64,000 nt of DNA from Planctomycetota bacterium (GCA_046290465.1 JBKAGP010000001.1:3680001-3744000); one strand, 5' to 3'. Positions 48,702 to 58,398 are shown, counted from the first letter of the stretch. Notes: generated by a model not told the origin, from the letters alone. A program made the numbers and translations.

Positions 48702-49657
48702 CAGCGTGTTCCGGGATCGCAGACGACGAAGTCGATCGGCCCATCCGGCTCGATCGCCACCATCGGCGTGCTTGCGGGCACCAACGCCGTGTCGGCGCGG
48801 CCCAGGTGCAGCGAACCTTCGCCCTGCCCGTGCCCCCACTGCAGGCGACCGCGGCCCGCGAGGCACGTCACCGTCAGGTAGCGGGCGTTGGTCTGCAGTT
48901 CGACGCGGTGCGCCACCTCGTAGCGTCGCACGACGAAGTGTTCGGTCGCGAGCAGCAGTTCGCCGCCGTCCGGCAGCGATGTCGAGCGCTGCACCGGCGG
49001 GTGCTCGTTGACCACCATGTTGACGACGCCGCGGGCATCGTCTGCGTGCGTCTCGCGACCGCGCCCCCAGTCGTAGAACCGGTAGGTCTGGTCGCTGTTC
49101 TCCTGCACCTCAAACGCGACCACGCCCGGCCCGATGCCGTGCGGCGTGCCCGGCGGGATGTGCACCAGATCGCCGACCTCGGGACGGAACGAGTAGAGCA
49201 TCGACTCGACCTCGGGCGTCTGCCAGCGGGCGAGGAACTCGTCGCGATCGACGCCGCTCCTGACGCCGTGCACGATGCGCGCGTTGTCGGCCACGTCGAG
49301 GATCAGGCAGCACTCGTTCTTGCCCATGTCGCCGTGCGCCTGGCGGTCGTCCGGGTGGACCTGCAGCGACAGGCCGTCGTGCGCGTCGAGGAACTTGAGC
49401 ATCAGCGGAAAGCTGCCGTCGTGGCCGAGGCGCACGCCGCGACCGACCAGCTGCTCGGGGTGCTTGCGCATCAGCTCGGCGAGCGTCGTCGTGCTGCCGC
49501 GCACGCCCGACGAGCCGTCGGGACGATCGAACAGCTCCCACGACTCGCCGATCGGCTCGCCGTCCGCCGGCACCTCGATCCCGAGCGTGTCCCGCAGCGC
49601 CCTTCCGCCCCAGACCTTGGGCAGCAGCCGGCGCTCCAGCAGGAATGGCTCTAGCAC
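48701..49657 (-). CDS. manA: Type I mannose-6-phosphate isomerase
   Basis: VWGG, GESWE, LSLQVHPDD and EVQENSD.TYR.YDW. Confidence 0.88.
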   Translation of the reverse strand: MLEPFLLERRLLPKVWGGRALRDTLGIEVPADGEPIGESWELFDRPDGSSGVRGSTTTLAELMRKHPEQLVGRGVRLGHDGSFPLMLKFLDAHDGLSLQVHPDDRQAHGDMGKNECCLILDVADNARIVHGVRSGVDRDEFLARWQTPEVESMLYSFRPEVGDLVHIPPGTPHGIGPGVVAFEVQENSDQTYRFYDWGRGRETHADDARGVVNMVVNEHPPVQRSTSLPDGGELLLATEHFVVRRYEVAHRVELQTNARYLTVTCLAGRGRLQWGHGQGEGSLHLGRADTALVPASTPMVAIEPDGPIDFVVCDPGTR

Positions 49658-49776
49658 TTGTGGGCTCGTGGTCGGTCTACAGGACGTTTCCAAGTGCGAG
49701 CAGTGTAGCGGCTGCCGGCGACGTGCCCACATGGCAAAACGTCGCTTCCCGCCGGAAACGGCGACATGATGTCGCG

Positions 49777-51447
49777 GTGAACAAGCCGAGCAGGTTTCCG
49801 CATTCGCTGGTCCTGATCTTCGCGATGGTCGTCCTCGCGCAGCTCATGACCTACGTGCTGCCGAAGGGCAAGTTCGAGATGGAGCCGCGACCCGACCGCG
49901 GCGAGCCGTTCGTCGAGAGCACCGAGGTCGGCGTCGCGCCGCTGCGGCAGCGACTGGCGGCAGCGCGCGCCGCACGCGGCCTCGACGAGGAGCAGCTGGC
50001 CGAGGTCTTCCACGTCACCGAGAAGACCGTGCTGGGCTGGGAGGCCGGGCCGCTCGCCGATGGCGAGGCGTGGCGCGTCGGTTCGCAGATCGAGGCCAAC
50101 GTCGGCGCGCTGCTCGATCGCTGGGTGCGCGACGGCACCGAGCCGACCGTCGCGGAGATCGAGGCCTGGAAGACCACGGTCGGCGACAACCATCCGACGG
50201 TCGTCGGCGGCACCTACCGCGAGATCGAGGGCGGCGAGGGCCTGCCGTGGCACGCGGCGCTGACCAAGCTGCCGCAAGGCCTGTTCAAGGCGAACGAGAT
50301 CATCTTCTTCGTGTTCGTGGTCGGCGGCGTGATCGGCATCCTGCGCGCGACCGGCGCCATCGACGCGCTGATCGGGCGCGCGATCGGCAGGCTGTCGCAC
50401 CAGCCGGTGCTGCTGATCGCCGGCATGACGGTGCTGTTCGCGATCGGCTCGTCGACGATCGGCATGGCCGAGGAGTACATGCCGTTCATCCCGCTGCTGG
50501 TGACCCTGAGCCTGGCGCTCAAGCTCGACGCGATCGTCGCGCTGGGCATCGTCTACATCGGCGCGGGCGTCGGCTACGGCTGCGCGGCGCTCAACCCGTT
50601 CACGGTGCTGGTGGCCCAGGAGGTCGCCGGCGTCGAGCCGACCTCGGGCATGCTGTTCCGCATCGTGTTCATGATCGCGGCGACCGCCGTCGGCGTGCTG
50701 CACATCATGCGCTACGCGCGGCGCATCGCCGCCGACCCGAGCCGCAGCCTGGTGCGCGACATCGACTACTCCAAGGGCTTCGAGGCGCCGACCGACGTCG
50801 CGTTGACGCCGGGACGGGTGCTGGTGCTGCTGTCGTTCCTGGCGGCGATCGGGCTGATCGTCTACGGCGTCGGCAAGCATGAATGGTGGTTCGACATGCT
50901 GATGGCCGTGTTCCTCGGCCTCGGCATCCTGGCGACGCTGTTCGGCCGCCTGTCGCCGAACGAGGCGGCCAACAAGTTCTGCGAGGGCGCTGCGGAGATG
51001 ACCACGACGGCGCTGCTGATCGGCGTCGCGCGGACCATCGAGGTGGTGCTCGACGACGGCATGGTGATCCACACGATCATCGACGGCGTCGCCACGTCGA
51101 TCGACGGCGCCGGCTCCTACGCCGCGTCGCTCGGCATGCTGGCGCTGCAGAGCCTGGCCAACCTGTTCATCCCTTCGGGCTCGGGACAGGCCTACGTGAC
51201 GATGCCGATCATGGCGCCGCTGTCGGACCTGTGCGGCGTCGAGCGCCAGACCGCGGTGCTCGCTTACCAGATCGGCGACGGCTTCATGAACATGGTCGTT
51301 CCGACCAACGGCCTGCTGATGGGCATGCTCGCGCTCGGCCGCGTGCCCTACGGACGCTGGCTGCGCTTCATCGTGCCCCTGATGATCCAGCTCTACCTCC
51401 TGGCCGCCATCGCGATGCTGTTCGCCTGGCTCCTCGACTACAAGTAA
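49777..51447 (+). CDS. YfcC/DcuC-like transporter with an inserted XRE-type HTH
   Basis: FPHSLVLIF, GMAEE, NPFTV, FIPSGSGQA and YQIGDG; insertion in the first loop. Confidence 0.88.
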   Translation: MNKPSRFPHSLVLIFAMVVLAQLMTYVLPKGKFEMEPRPDRGEPFVESTEVGVAPLRQRLAAARAARGLDEEQLAEVFHVTEKTVLGWEAGPLADGEAWRVGSQIEANVGALLDRWVRDGTEPTVAEIEAWKTTVGDNHPTVVGGTYREIEGGEGLPWHAALTKLPQGLFKANEIIFFVFVVGGVIGILRATGAIDALIGRAIGRLSHQPVLLIAGMTVLFAIGSSTIGMAEEYMPFIPLLVTLSLALKLDAIVALGIVYIGAGVGYGCAALNPFTVLVAQEVAGVEPTSGMLFRIVFMIAATAVGVLHIMRYARRIAADPSRSLVRDIDYSKGFEAPTDVALTPGRVLVLLSFLAAIGLIVYGVGKHEWWFDMLMAVFLGLGILATLFGRLSPNEAANKFCEGAAEMTTTALLIGVARTIEVVLDDGMVIHTIIDGVATSIDGAGSYAASLGMLALQSLANLFIPSGSGQAYVTMPIMAPLSDLCGVERQTAVLAYQIGDGFMNMVVPTNGLLMGMLALGRVPYGRWLRFIVPLMIQLYLLAAIAMLFAWLLDYK

Positions 51448-51458
51448 CGCCCCAAACC

Positions 51459-51695
51459 CCGCATACCGAACCTGGTTCATCCTGCGCCACTTGCCCGCCG
51501 TTCGGCGGCCCCGCGCAGGCGTTCGCCAACGCGCCAGAGTTGCAGGTCGAACCGCGTACCGTACGGCAAGGTGCCGCATACCGAACCGGGTTCATCCTGC
51601 GCCACTTGGAGCCGTTCGGCGGGCTCCCGACTCAGGCGTGCACGTTCGCGAACGCGCGAAAGTTGGAGGATGAACCGCGTACCGTACGGCAACTT
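51459..51695. repeat. BIME-like mosaic: two tandem units of about 115-120 bp (REP type A, spacer, inverted REP type B)
   Basis: A arms at 51459-51493 and 51574-51608; B arms at about 51537-51570 and 51658-51695. Confidence 0.85.
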
Positions 51696-52651
51696 TTGAG
51701 GAGGTGGGTGGCGGCGGCGAGGGGGGCGTAGTGGCGCAGGTAGGCGGAACGGATCTCGGTGGGTGGTTGGCGGGGGGCTTTGGCGGGGTCGGCGAAGACC
51801 AGGTCGTCGAGGCCGGGCGGGAGGTGCACGCGGCCTGGCTCCGGGCGCCAGACCGGGACGCCGAGGGCGAGGCACTCGTGCAGGCGGAAGCACAGCTCGC
51901 CGACGCCGGGCAGGTCGAGGCCGAAGCGCACCGACTGCAGCGTGCCGAGCACGTCCTGGAACGGCTGCTCGCCGATCACCAGCCCACGCAGCGCGGGCCA
52001 GTCGGCGGCGAGCTGGCCGAGTCGTTCGCGACGGCGGCCTCGGTAGCGGCCGTGGTCGACGGTGCCGCAGAACGCCCAGTCCCAGGCCTCCGGCCGCCGC
52101 TCGATCCACCACTCCCGCTGCGCCCGCGTGTACTCGAGCCACAGCATCGCGGTGTTGAACAAGAACGGCAGCGGCCGCCAACCGTCGACCTCACGGCCGC
52201 CCGGCAGCTCGCGCGCGAACCGCTGCACGTGCGGCATCGCCTTGAACGCGACCTCGCGCGGCCCTTCGCGATCGGACATGTCGACGACGACGACCTCAGC
52301 GGTTCGCAGCGCACGCTCGCAGAACCACTGCAGCCGCTTGGGGTAGATCAGGATGCCGGCGTCCGCCTGCAGCGGGTCGCGCGGCTCGGCCGACCCGACC
52401 GCGCCAACTCCCTGCTCGAGGCAGTGCAGGTAGTCCGCGAACACGTCGACGAGCACCAGCAGGTCCGCCTCGCCGACGAACGGCTCGCCGCCGCCGAACA
52501 TGTGCGCGACCAACTCCCGGCGCATGCCGTCGAGCTGGCCGGCGACCTGCTCCGAACGGGCCGGCACGTAGCGCACGCGGTGCCCCAGCTCGAGCAGACC
52601 GATGGCCAGCCCGAGACCGTGGCCGCTGGGATCGACGACTTCGACGCGCAC
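51632..52651 (-). CDS. Hypothetical protein, possibly glycosyltransferase (exostosin/GT-B-like C-terminus)
   Basis: FCGT...RR and S.RFGLDLPG.GELCFRLHECLALGVPV. Confidence 0.55.
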   Translation of the reverse strand: MRVEVVDPSGHGLGLAIGLLELGHRVRYVPARSEQVAGQLDGMRRELVAHMFGGGEPFVGEADLLVLVDVFADYLHCLEQGVGAVGSAEPRDPLQADAGILIYPKRLQWFCERALRTAEVVVVDMSDREGPREVAFKAMPHVQRFARELPGGREVDGWRPLPFLFNTAMLWLEYTRAQREWWIERRPEAWDWAFCGTVDHGRYRGRRRERLGQLAADWPALRGLVIGEQPFQDVLGTLQSVRFGLDLPGVGELCFRLHECLALGVPVWRPEPGRVHLPPGLDDLVFADPAKAPRQPPTEIRSAYLRHYAPLAAATHLLKSCRTVRGSSSNFRAFANVHA

Positions 52652-52719
52652 ACGTCGGCATCGGCCGATGGCATCGGGCGGCTACATACGCAACAGAACG
52701 CAGCCGGCCGAACGGACCG

Positions 52720-52806
52720 CCAGGAGCGCGTCCATGGAGTGGACGCGCTGCCAACCGTGATCGCGGAAGCGGCGAGTAAGCGTGCGGACGGGGCTTTGCC
52801 CGCTAG
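52720..52806. repeat. 87-bp element, copy 3 (inverted)
   Basis: Reverse complement matches copies 1 and 2; the CTAG at 52803 is the recN stop. Confidence 0.92.
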
Positions 52807-54539
52807 CCGACCACCTGCTTGCCCGCCGTGCCGTCGCCGGTCTCCTCGCGCGCCTTCGCGACCAGGCGTCGCGCCTGCTCGAGCGCGGCGCCGTCGTCGC
52901 CGTCGCCGGTCGCCATCGCCGCGAGCTCCTTCTCGACCTCGCTGGCCGGCAGCTGCCGGACGTTGGACGTGGTGCGCTCGCCAACGACCTTGTTGACCAG
53001 GAAGTGCTGCTGCGCAAACGCCGCGACCGGGGCCAGGTGGGTCACGATGACGACCTGGTGGTGGCGCGCGACCTCGTGCAGCTTCTTGCCGACCTGCAGG
53101 CCGAGCCGGCCGCCGATCTCGGCATCGATCTCGTCCAACACCAGCAGCGGCACGCGATCCTGGTCGGCCATCGTCTTCTTGACGGCCAGCACGACGCGCG
53201 CGAGCTCGCCCCCGGACGCGGTCTCGCGCAGCGACTGCCACGGCTCGCCCGGATTGATGCGCACCTCGATGTCGACCGGCACCGGACCGTGCTCGGTCGC
53301 GTCGTCGAGCACCCGGTCGGCGGCGAACGTCTCGTCCATCGCCAGCTGCACCCCGGTGTGCTGCATGCCGAGGTCGTGCAGCTCCGCCATGATCGCGGCG
53401 GCGAACGTGCGCCCCGCCTTCTTGCGCGCGCGCACCAGCTTGCGGCCGAGCTGCACGACCCCGTCGGTCGCCTTGCGCAGCTCCTGCAGCAGCACCTCCG
53501 GCTCGGTGTCGGCGTCCTCGAGCTGCTCGAGCTCACGCTCGGTCGCCACCAGGTTGTCGCGCAGATCCTGCTCGGTCGGCCCGAAGCGCTTCAGCGCGCC
53601 GTGGATCTCGTCGAGCCGCTCCTCGACCGCCGCCAGCCGACCGGGGTCCAGCTCGAGCCGGGCCTGCCCGGACTGCAGCTTGCGGCTGACGTCGGCGACC
53701 AGATCCTCGATCTGCGCCATCTGCTCCGACGCCTCCTCGAGCCGCACGTCGATCGCGGCTGCCTGCTGCACCGCGCGCACCGCGATCGCCAGCTGGTCGG
53801 CGACGTTGGTCTCGCCGTCCTGCATCGCGGTCAGCGCGTCGTCGAGCTGCTGCCGCATCGCGTCGAGGTTGCTCAGCACCTGGTGCTCCTGCTCGAGCTG
53901 CGCGAGTTCGCCCTCGCCGAGCGCCAGCTGCTTCATCTCGGAGAACTGGAACCGCAGGAACTCGAGCCGCTGCTTGCGCTCGCGTTCGCCCTCGGCCTGC
54001 CGACCGATGCGTGCGCGCAGCTCGCGGGCGGCGACCAGCGCCGTCGCGAACTGGCCGCGCAGCGCCGCCGTGCCGGCGAACGCGTCGAGCGTCTCGCACT
54101 GGATCTCCGGCCGCATCAGCGCGCGCGACTCGCCCTGGCCGTGGATCTCGAGCAGCATGCCGCCGAGTTCGCGCAGCGCCGAAAGCGTGGCCGGCCGACC
54201 GCCGAGGCGCACCCGGGTGCGGCCGCCCTTGTCGACGATGCGCGTCACCAGCAGCAGGTCGTCGTCGACCGCGCCGCCGCAGGCCTGCTCGACGAACCGG
54301 GCGATCGCGGCGCTGCGCGCGCCCCCGCCGAGCCGGAATTCACCGTCGACCTGCAGTTCCGCTGCACCGTGTCGGACCAGGCTGCCCTGCGCCTTCTCGC
54401 CGCGCAGCAGCTTGAGCGCAGTGATCAGCAGCGACTTGCCGCCGCCCGTTTCGCCCGACACCACGGTCAGTCCGTCGGCCATGCGCAGCTCGGCGCGTTC
54501 GATCAGGGCGAGGTTGCGGATGTGCAGGGTGTGCAGCAT
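52803..54539 (-). CDS. recN: DNA repair protein RecN
   Basis: IRNLALI, GETGGGKS, IHGQ, ASGGELARV, LDEIDA and VTHL. Confidence 0.95.
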   Translation of the reverse strand: MLHTLHIRNLALIERAELRMADGLTVVSGETGGGKSLLITALKLLRGEKAQGSLVRHGAAELQVDGEFRLGGGARSAAIARFVEQACGGAVDDDLLLVTRIVDKGGRTRVRLGGRPATLSALRELGGMLLEIHGQGESRALMRPEIQCETLDAFAGTAALRGQFATALVAARELRARIGRQAEGERERKQRLEFLRFQFSEMKQLALGEGELAQLEQEHQVLSNLDAMRQQLDDALTAMQDGETNVADQLAIAVRAVQQAAAIDVRLEEASEQMAQIEDLVADVSRKLQSGQARLELDPGRLAAVEERLDEIHGALKRFGPTEQDLRDNLVATERELEQLEDADTEPEVLLQELRKATDGVVQLGRKLVRARKKAGRTFAAAIMAELHDLGMQHTGVQLAMDETFAADRVLDDATEHGPVPVDIEVRINPGEPWQSLRETASGGELARVVLAVKKTMADQDRVPLLVLDEIDAEIGGRLGLQVGKKLHEVARHHQVVIVTHLAPVAAFAQQHFLVNKVVGERTTSNVRQLPASEVEKELAAMATGDGDDGAALEQARRLVAKAREETGDGTAGKQVVG

Positions 54540-54690
54540 GGATGCGCTTCGAAGCATGCCGCCGACGGTCGCGCGGCGCCATCCATCAAGTGTCCCGAAG
54601 ACGCGCACGGTCGCAGGGATCGCAACCGGCGGACAAGCCGCAGATCCTTGCTACACTTCTTCGCGCCCCGTCCGCCCCTCCTTTCTGCCA

Positions 54691-57027
54691 ATGGCTATCT
54701 CCCGCATTGCAGCCACCCTGCTGCTCGCATCCTCCATCTGTGCCCAGGCGGTCCCGCCCCGGCACACCACCCACTACATCGACGTCGACTCCGGCATCGT
54801 CCGCAACGACTCGACCTCGCCGGCTGCCGTCGGCATCCCGCAGGTCGTTTGGTCGCACGTCGTCACCATCCCGACCTCGTCCTGGCTGCGCCTCGAGTAC
54901 CAGGGCGTGCTGCTGTCCGGCAACGCCGACCGCGGCAGCGACGGCTCGTTCCTTCGCCTGACGTCGATGCGCGACGGCGCGATCCAGACGCAGCACCTGC
55001 GCCACGTCGGCGAGTGGCAGGACACGTCCGCCTACTTCAACGGCGATACGGTCCTGGTCGAACTGCTCGCCCACCCCGGCACCGGCGACAACCGGCTGGT
55101 GCTCAAGGCGGTGCAGGCCGGCCCCGCGGCACCTCCCGGTGACGACAGCATCTGCGGACCGGTCGACGACCGCGTGCTCAGCAGCGACCCGCGCGTCGGC
55201 CGCAACCAGCCGACCGGCTGCACGTCGTGGATGATCAACGACTGCAGCCACTGCTTTCTGACCGCCGGCCACTGCGCGGGCAGCGGCCTGCAGGTCGTCG
55301 AGTTCAACGTGCCGCTCTCGAACGGGAACGGCTCGCTCAACCACCCGCCCCCGTCGGACCAGTACGCGGTCGACACGTCGTCGCTGCAGGACAACGGCGG
55401 CCAGGGCGTCGGCAACGACTGGGCCTACTTCGGGGTGTTCGACAACTCGACCACCGGGCTGTCGGCCTACGCCGCGCAGGGCAACCAGGCGTTCGACCTG
55501 ATCAACCCGCCGGGCGTCAGCGGCCAGAACATCCGCATCACCGGCAACGGCTCGACGTCGTCGCCGGTCTCGCCGACCTGGTACCTGGTGCAGAAGACGC
55601 ACTCGGGCCCGTACTTCAGCTTCTCCGGCACGACCGTCCGCTACACCACGGACACGACCGGCGGCAACTCGGGTTCGCCCGTGATCCTCGACGGCACCAA
55701 CCAGGCGATCGGCATCCACACGCACGGCGGCTGCTCGTCGACCGGCGGTTCGAACGCCGGCACCGGCGCCAACCACAGCGGCCTGCAGAACGCGCTGGCC
55801 AACCCGCAGGGTGTCTGTGACTGCCCCGCGCTCGAGTTCTCGTACCCGAACGGGCTGCCGACGGTGATCGACCCGATGGGCACGACGACGCTGCGCATCA
55901 CGACCTCGGGCCCGATCGGCCTGCAGGCCGGCACGCTGCGCCTCAACGTCTCGACCGGCGGCGCCTACCAGCAGATCGTGCCGACCGCGATCAACGCCAA
56001 CACGTTCGACGCGACGTTCCCGTCGACCGCCTGCGGCAGCAACGTGATGTTCTACGTCAGCGCCACCGGCCTCGACGCGAACACCTACACCAGCCCGGAG
56101 AACGCGCCGACGTCGGTCTTCTCGGCGCCGTCGGCGGCCGCGCTGACCACGATCCGCAACTACAACTTCAACACCAACCCGCCGGGCTGGTCGGTGGTCA
56201 ACACCGCGCTGTCGACCGGCGCCTGGGTCCGCGCGACGCCGCAGGACTCGCGCGGCCCGTCGGCCGACGGGGACGGCAGCGGCCAGTGCTGGGTCACCGG
56301 CAATGCCAACAACGAGGACGTCGACGGCGGCCCGACCGTGCTGACCACCGAGGTCGTCGACCTGTCGGCGGCCAACGCGCCGGTCGTCAGCTACCTGGTC
56401 TGGTTCGAGATCGGCGGCACCACGCCCAACGACACGCTCGACATCAGCGCGTCGAACGACGGCGGCCAGACCTGGACGGCGATCGAGTCGGTCTCCGGCA
56501 CCAACGACTGGGAGTCGCGCACGTTCGACGTCGCGTCGGTGTTCCCGAACCCCGATCAGTTCGTGATGCGTTTCTCGGTCTCGGACAACCCGAACAACTC
56601 GGTGACCGAGGCGGCGCTCGACGCGTTCCGCATCGTCGACGCGGACTGCGCGATCGGCACGTTCTCGAACTACGGCGTCGGCTGCAGCAACGGCCTCAGC
56701 GCGCCGACCATGCAGGCGCTGACGATGCCGAACCTCGGCACCACGTTCATCGCCCGCACCGCCAACCTCGGTGGCGCACCGGCGGCGATGATCGTCGGCC
56801 TCGCGAGCGAGAACCTGCCGCTGACGCTGCCGGCCTTCGCCGGCAACTGCACGCTGCTGGCCCGCCCGGACGTGGTCGAGGTCCTCAATGTGTTCGCCAA
56901 CCAGGCGCTCTACCAGCTGGTGCTGCCGAACGACCCGAACCTGTCGGGCACGCAGTTCCACCTGCAGTCGATCGAGTTCGGCCCGCTCTGGACGATGTCC
57001 GACGGCGGCGTCGGCACGATCAACTAG
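54691..57027 (+). CDS. Secreted multidomain trypsin-like serine protease
   Basis: Signal peptide; catalytic LTAGHC / NDWAYF / GNSGSP; further beta-sandwich domains. Confidence 0.88.
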   Translation: MAISRIAATLLLASSICAQAVPPRHTTHYIDVDSGIVRNDSTSPAAVGIPQVVWSHVVTIPTSSWLRLEYQGVLLSGNADRGSDGSFLRLTSMRDGAIQTQHLRHVGEWQDTSAYFNGDTVLVELLAHPGTGDNRLVLKAVQAGPAAPPGDDSICGPVDDRVLSSDPRVGRNQPTGCTSWMINDCSHCFLTAGHCAGSGLQVVEFNVPLSNGNGSLNHPPPSDQYAVDTSSLQDNGGQGVGNDWAYFGVFDNSTTGLSAYAAQGNQAFDLINPPGVSGQNIRITGNGSTSSPVSPTWYLVQKTHSGPYFSFSGTTVRYTTDTTGGNSGSPVILDGTNQAIGIHTHGGCSSTGGSNAGTGANHSGLQNALANPQGVCDCPALEFSYPNGLPTVIDPMGTTTLRITTSGPIGLQAGTLRLNVSTGGAYQQIVPTAINANTFDATFPSTACGSNVMFYVSATGLDANTYTSPENAPTSVFSAPSAAALTTIRNYNFNTNPPGWSVVNTALSTGAWVRATPQDSRGPSADGDGSGQCWVTGNANNEDVDGGPTVLTTEVVDLSAANAPVVSYLVWFEIGGTTPNDTLDISASNDGGQTWTAIESVSGTNDWESRTFDVASVFPNPDQFVMRFSVSDNPNNSVTEAALDAFRIVDADCAIGTFSNYGVGCSNGLSAPTMQALTMPNLGTTFIARTANLGGAPAAMIVGLASENLPLTLPAFAGNCTLLARPDVVEVLNVFANQALYQLVLPNDPNLSGTQFHLQSIEFGPLWTMSDGGVGTIN

Positions 57028-57108
57028 GCCGTTCGGCGAACGGAAGCTGCGCTCGGGTCTTTCCTCGTGGCCGCCAAGGGACGACGATCCCCGGCCACGA
57101 GGAAGACC

Positions 57109-58398
57109 ATGAGTGAAGCCAGCAACCAGGCCGACAGCCGGGGCGCCGCAGGCGCCGATCTCTTCTCCCGCTCGATCGCCCGGGTCGAGGAAGCCGCCAG
57201 ACACGCGCGCATCGACCCGGAGACCCTGCTGCGCATGTCGGCACCGCGGCGGACCGTCGAGGTCTCGCTGCCGCTGCGCATGGACGACGGCACGCTGCGG
57301 CTGTTCCGCGCCTACCGCGTGCAGTACGACGACGTGCGCGGGCCGTTCAAGGGCGGCATCCGCTTCCACCCGCAGGTCGACCTCGCCGAGGTGAAGTCGC
57401 TGGCGCTGTGGATGGCGCTGAAGTGCGCGGTGGTCGACATCCCGTTCGGCGGCGGTAAGGGCGGCGTCGAGGTCGACCCGCACCAGCTGTCGCTGGCGGA
57501 GACCGAACGGCTCAGCCGCGCCTACGTGCGCGCGATCGCCGACGTGATCGGCGTCGACCGCGACGTGCCGGCGCCGGACGTCTACACCAACGCGCGCACG
57601 ATGGCGTGGATGGCGGACGAGTACTCGAGCGTCGTGCGGCAGCACGAGCCGGGCGTGATCACCGGCAAGCCGGTCGGTCGCGGCGGCAGCCTGGGCCGCG
57701 ACGACGCCACCGGCCGCGGCGGCTACTACGTGCTCAAGGAGATCGAGGCGCAGCGCGACTGGAAGCCGAGCCAGATCACCGTGGCGATCCAGGGGTTCGG
57801 CAACGCCGGGCAGCACATCGCCAAGCTGCTGCACAAGGACGGCTACAAGGTGGTCGCGGTCAGCGATTCGCGCGGCGGCATCCACTCGCCCGAAGGCCTC
57901 GACATCCCGTCGGTGATCGAGACCAAGAGCTCGACGCGGCGCCTGCCCGAGGTCGGCAGCAAGCTCGACAGCGGCGCGCTGCTCGAACTCGACGTCGACG
58001 TGCTGGTGCCCGCCGCCCTCGAGGACCAGATCACCGCCGACAACGCCGCCAACGTGAAGGCCAAGGTCCTGATCGAACTCGCCAACGGCCCGACCACCGG
58101 CGAGGCCGACGCGATCCTGCACCAACAGGGCGCGCTGGTCGTCCCCGACGTGCTCGCCAACGCCGGCGGCGTGACGGTCAGCTGGTTCGAGTGGCTGCAG
58201 AACCGCGCCGGCATCTACTGGGAGCTCGAAGAGGTGCACCAGAAGCTGCGCACCACCATGCAGACCCAGTACCGCACCCTGCACAGCCGCATGACCGAGA
58301 TCGGCACCCCCATGCGCACCGCCGCCTACGCCGTCGCCCTCGAACGCCTCGACCGCGCCCACGGCGCCACCGGCACCGCCCAGGACTTCCAGAAGTAG
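57109..58398 (+). CDS. gdhA: Glutamate dehydrogenase (Glu/Leu/Phe/Val family)
   Basis: GPFKGGIRFHP, FGGGKGG, DVPAPD, QGFGNAG and PDVLANAGGV. Confidence 0.93.
   Translation: MSEASNQADSRGAAGADLFSRSIARVEEAARHARIDPETLLRMSAPRRTVEVSLPLRMDDGTLRLFRAYRVQYDDVRGPFKGGIRFHPQVDLAEVKSLALWMALKCAVVDIPFGGGKGGVEVDPHQLSLAETERLSRAYVRAIADVIGVDRDVPAPDVYTNARTMAWMADEYSSVVRQHEPGVITGKPVGRGGSLGRDDATGRGGYYVLKEIEAQRDWKPSQITVAIQGFGNAGQHIAKLLHKDGYKVVAVSDSRGGIHSPEGLDIPSVIETKSSTRRLPEVGSKLDSGALLELDVDVLVPAALEDQITADNAANVKAKVLIELANGPTTGEADAILHQQGALVVPDVLANAGGVTVSWFEWLQNRAGIYWELEEVHQKLRTTMQTQYRTLHSRMTEIGTPMRTAAYAVALERLDRAHGATGTAQDFQK

Noticed and set aside
51459..51695. Possible mini-CRISPR (35-bp repeats)
   Set aside because: Only two direct copies, the intervening sequences resemble each other, and the arms are dispersed elsewhere as inverted REP-like units.
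52819..54690. N-terminal 620 aa of the 1402-aa ORF
   Set aside because: Antisense to recN and Ser/Arg-rich. The real protease begins at ATG 54691 with a signal peptide.
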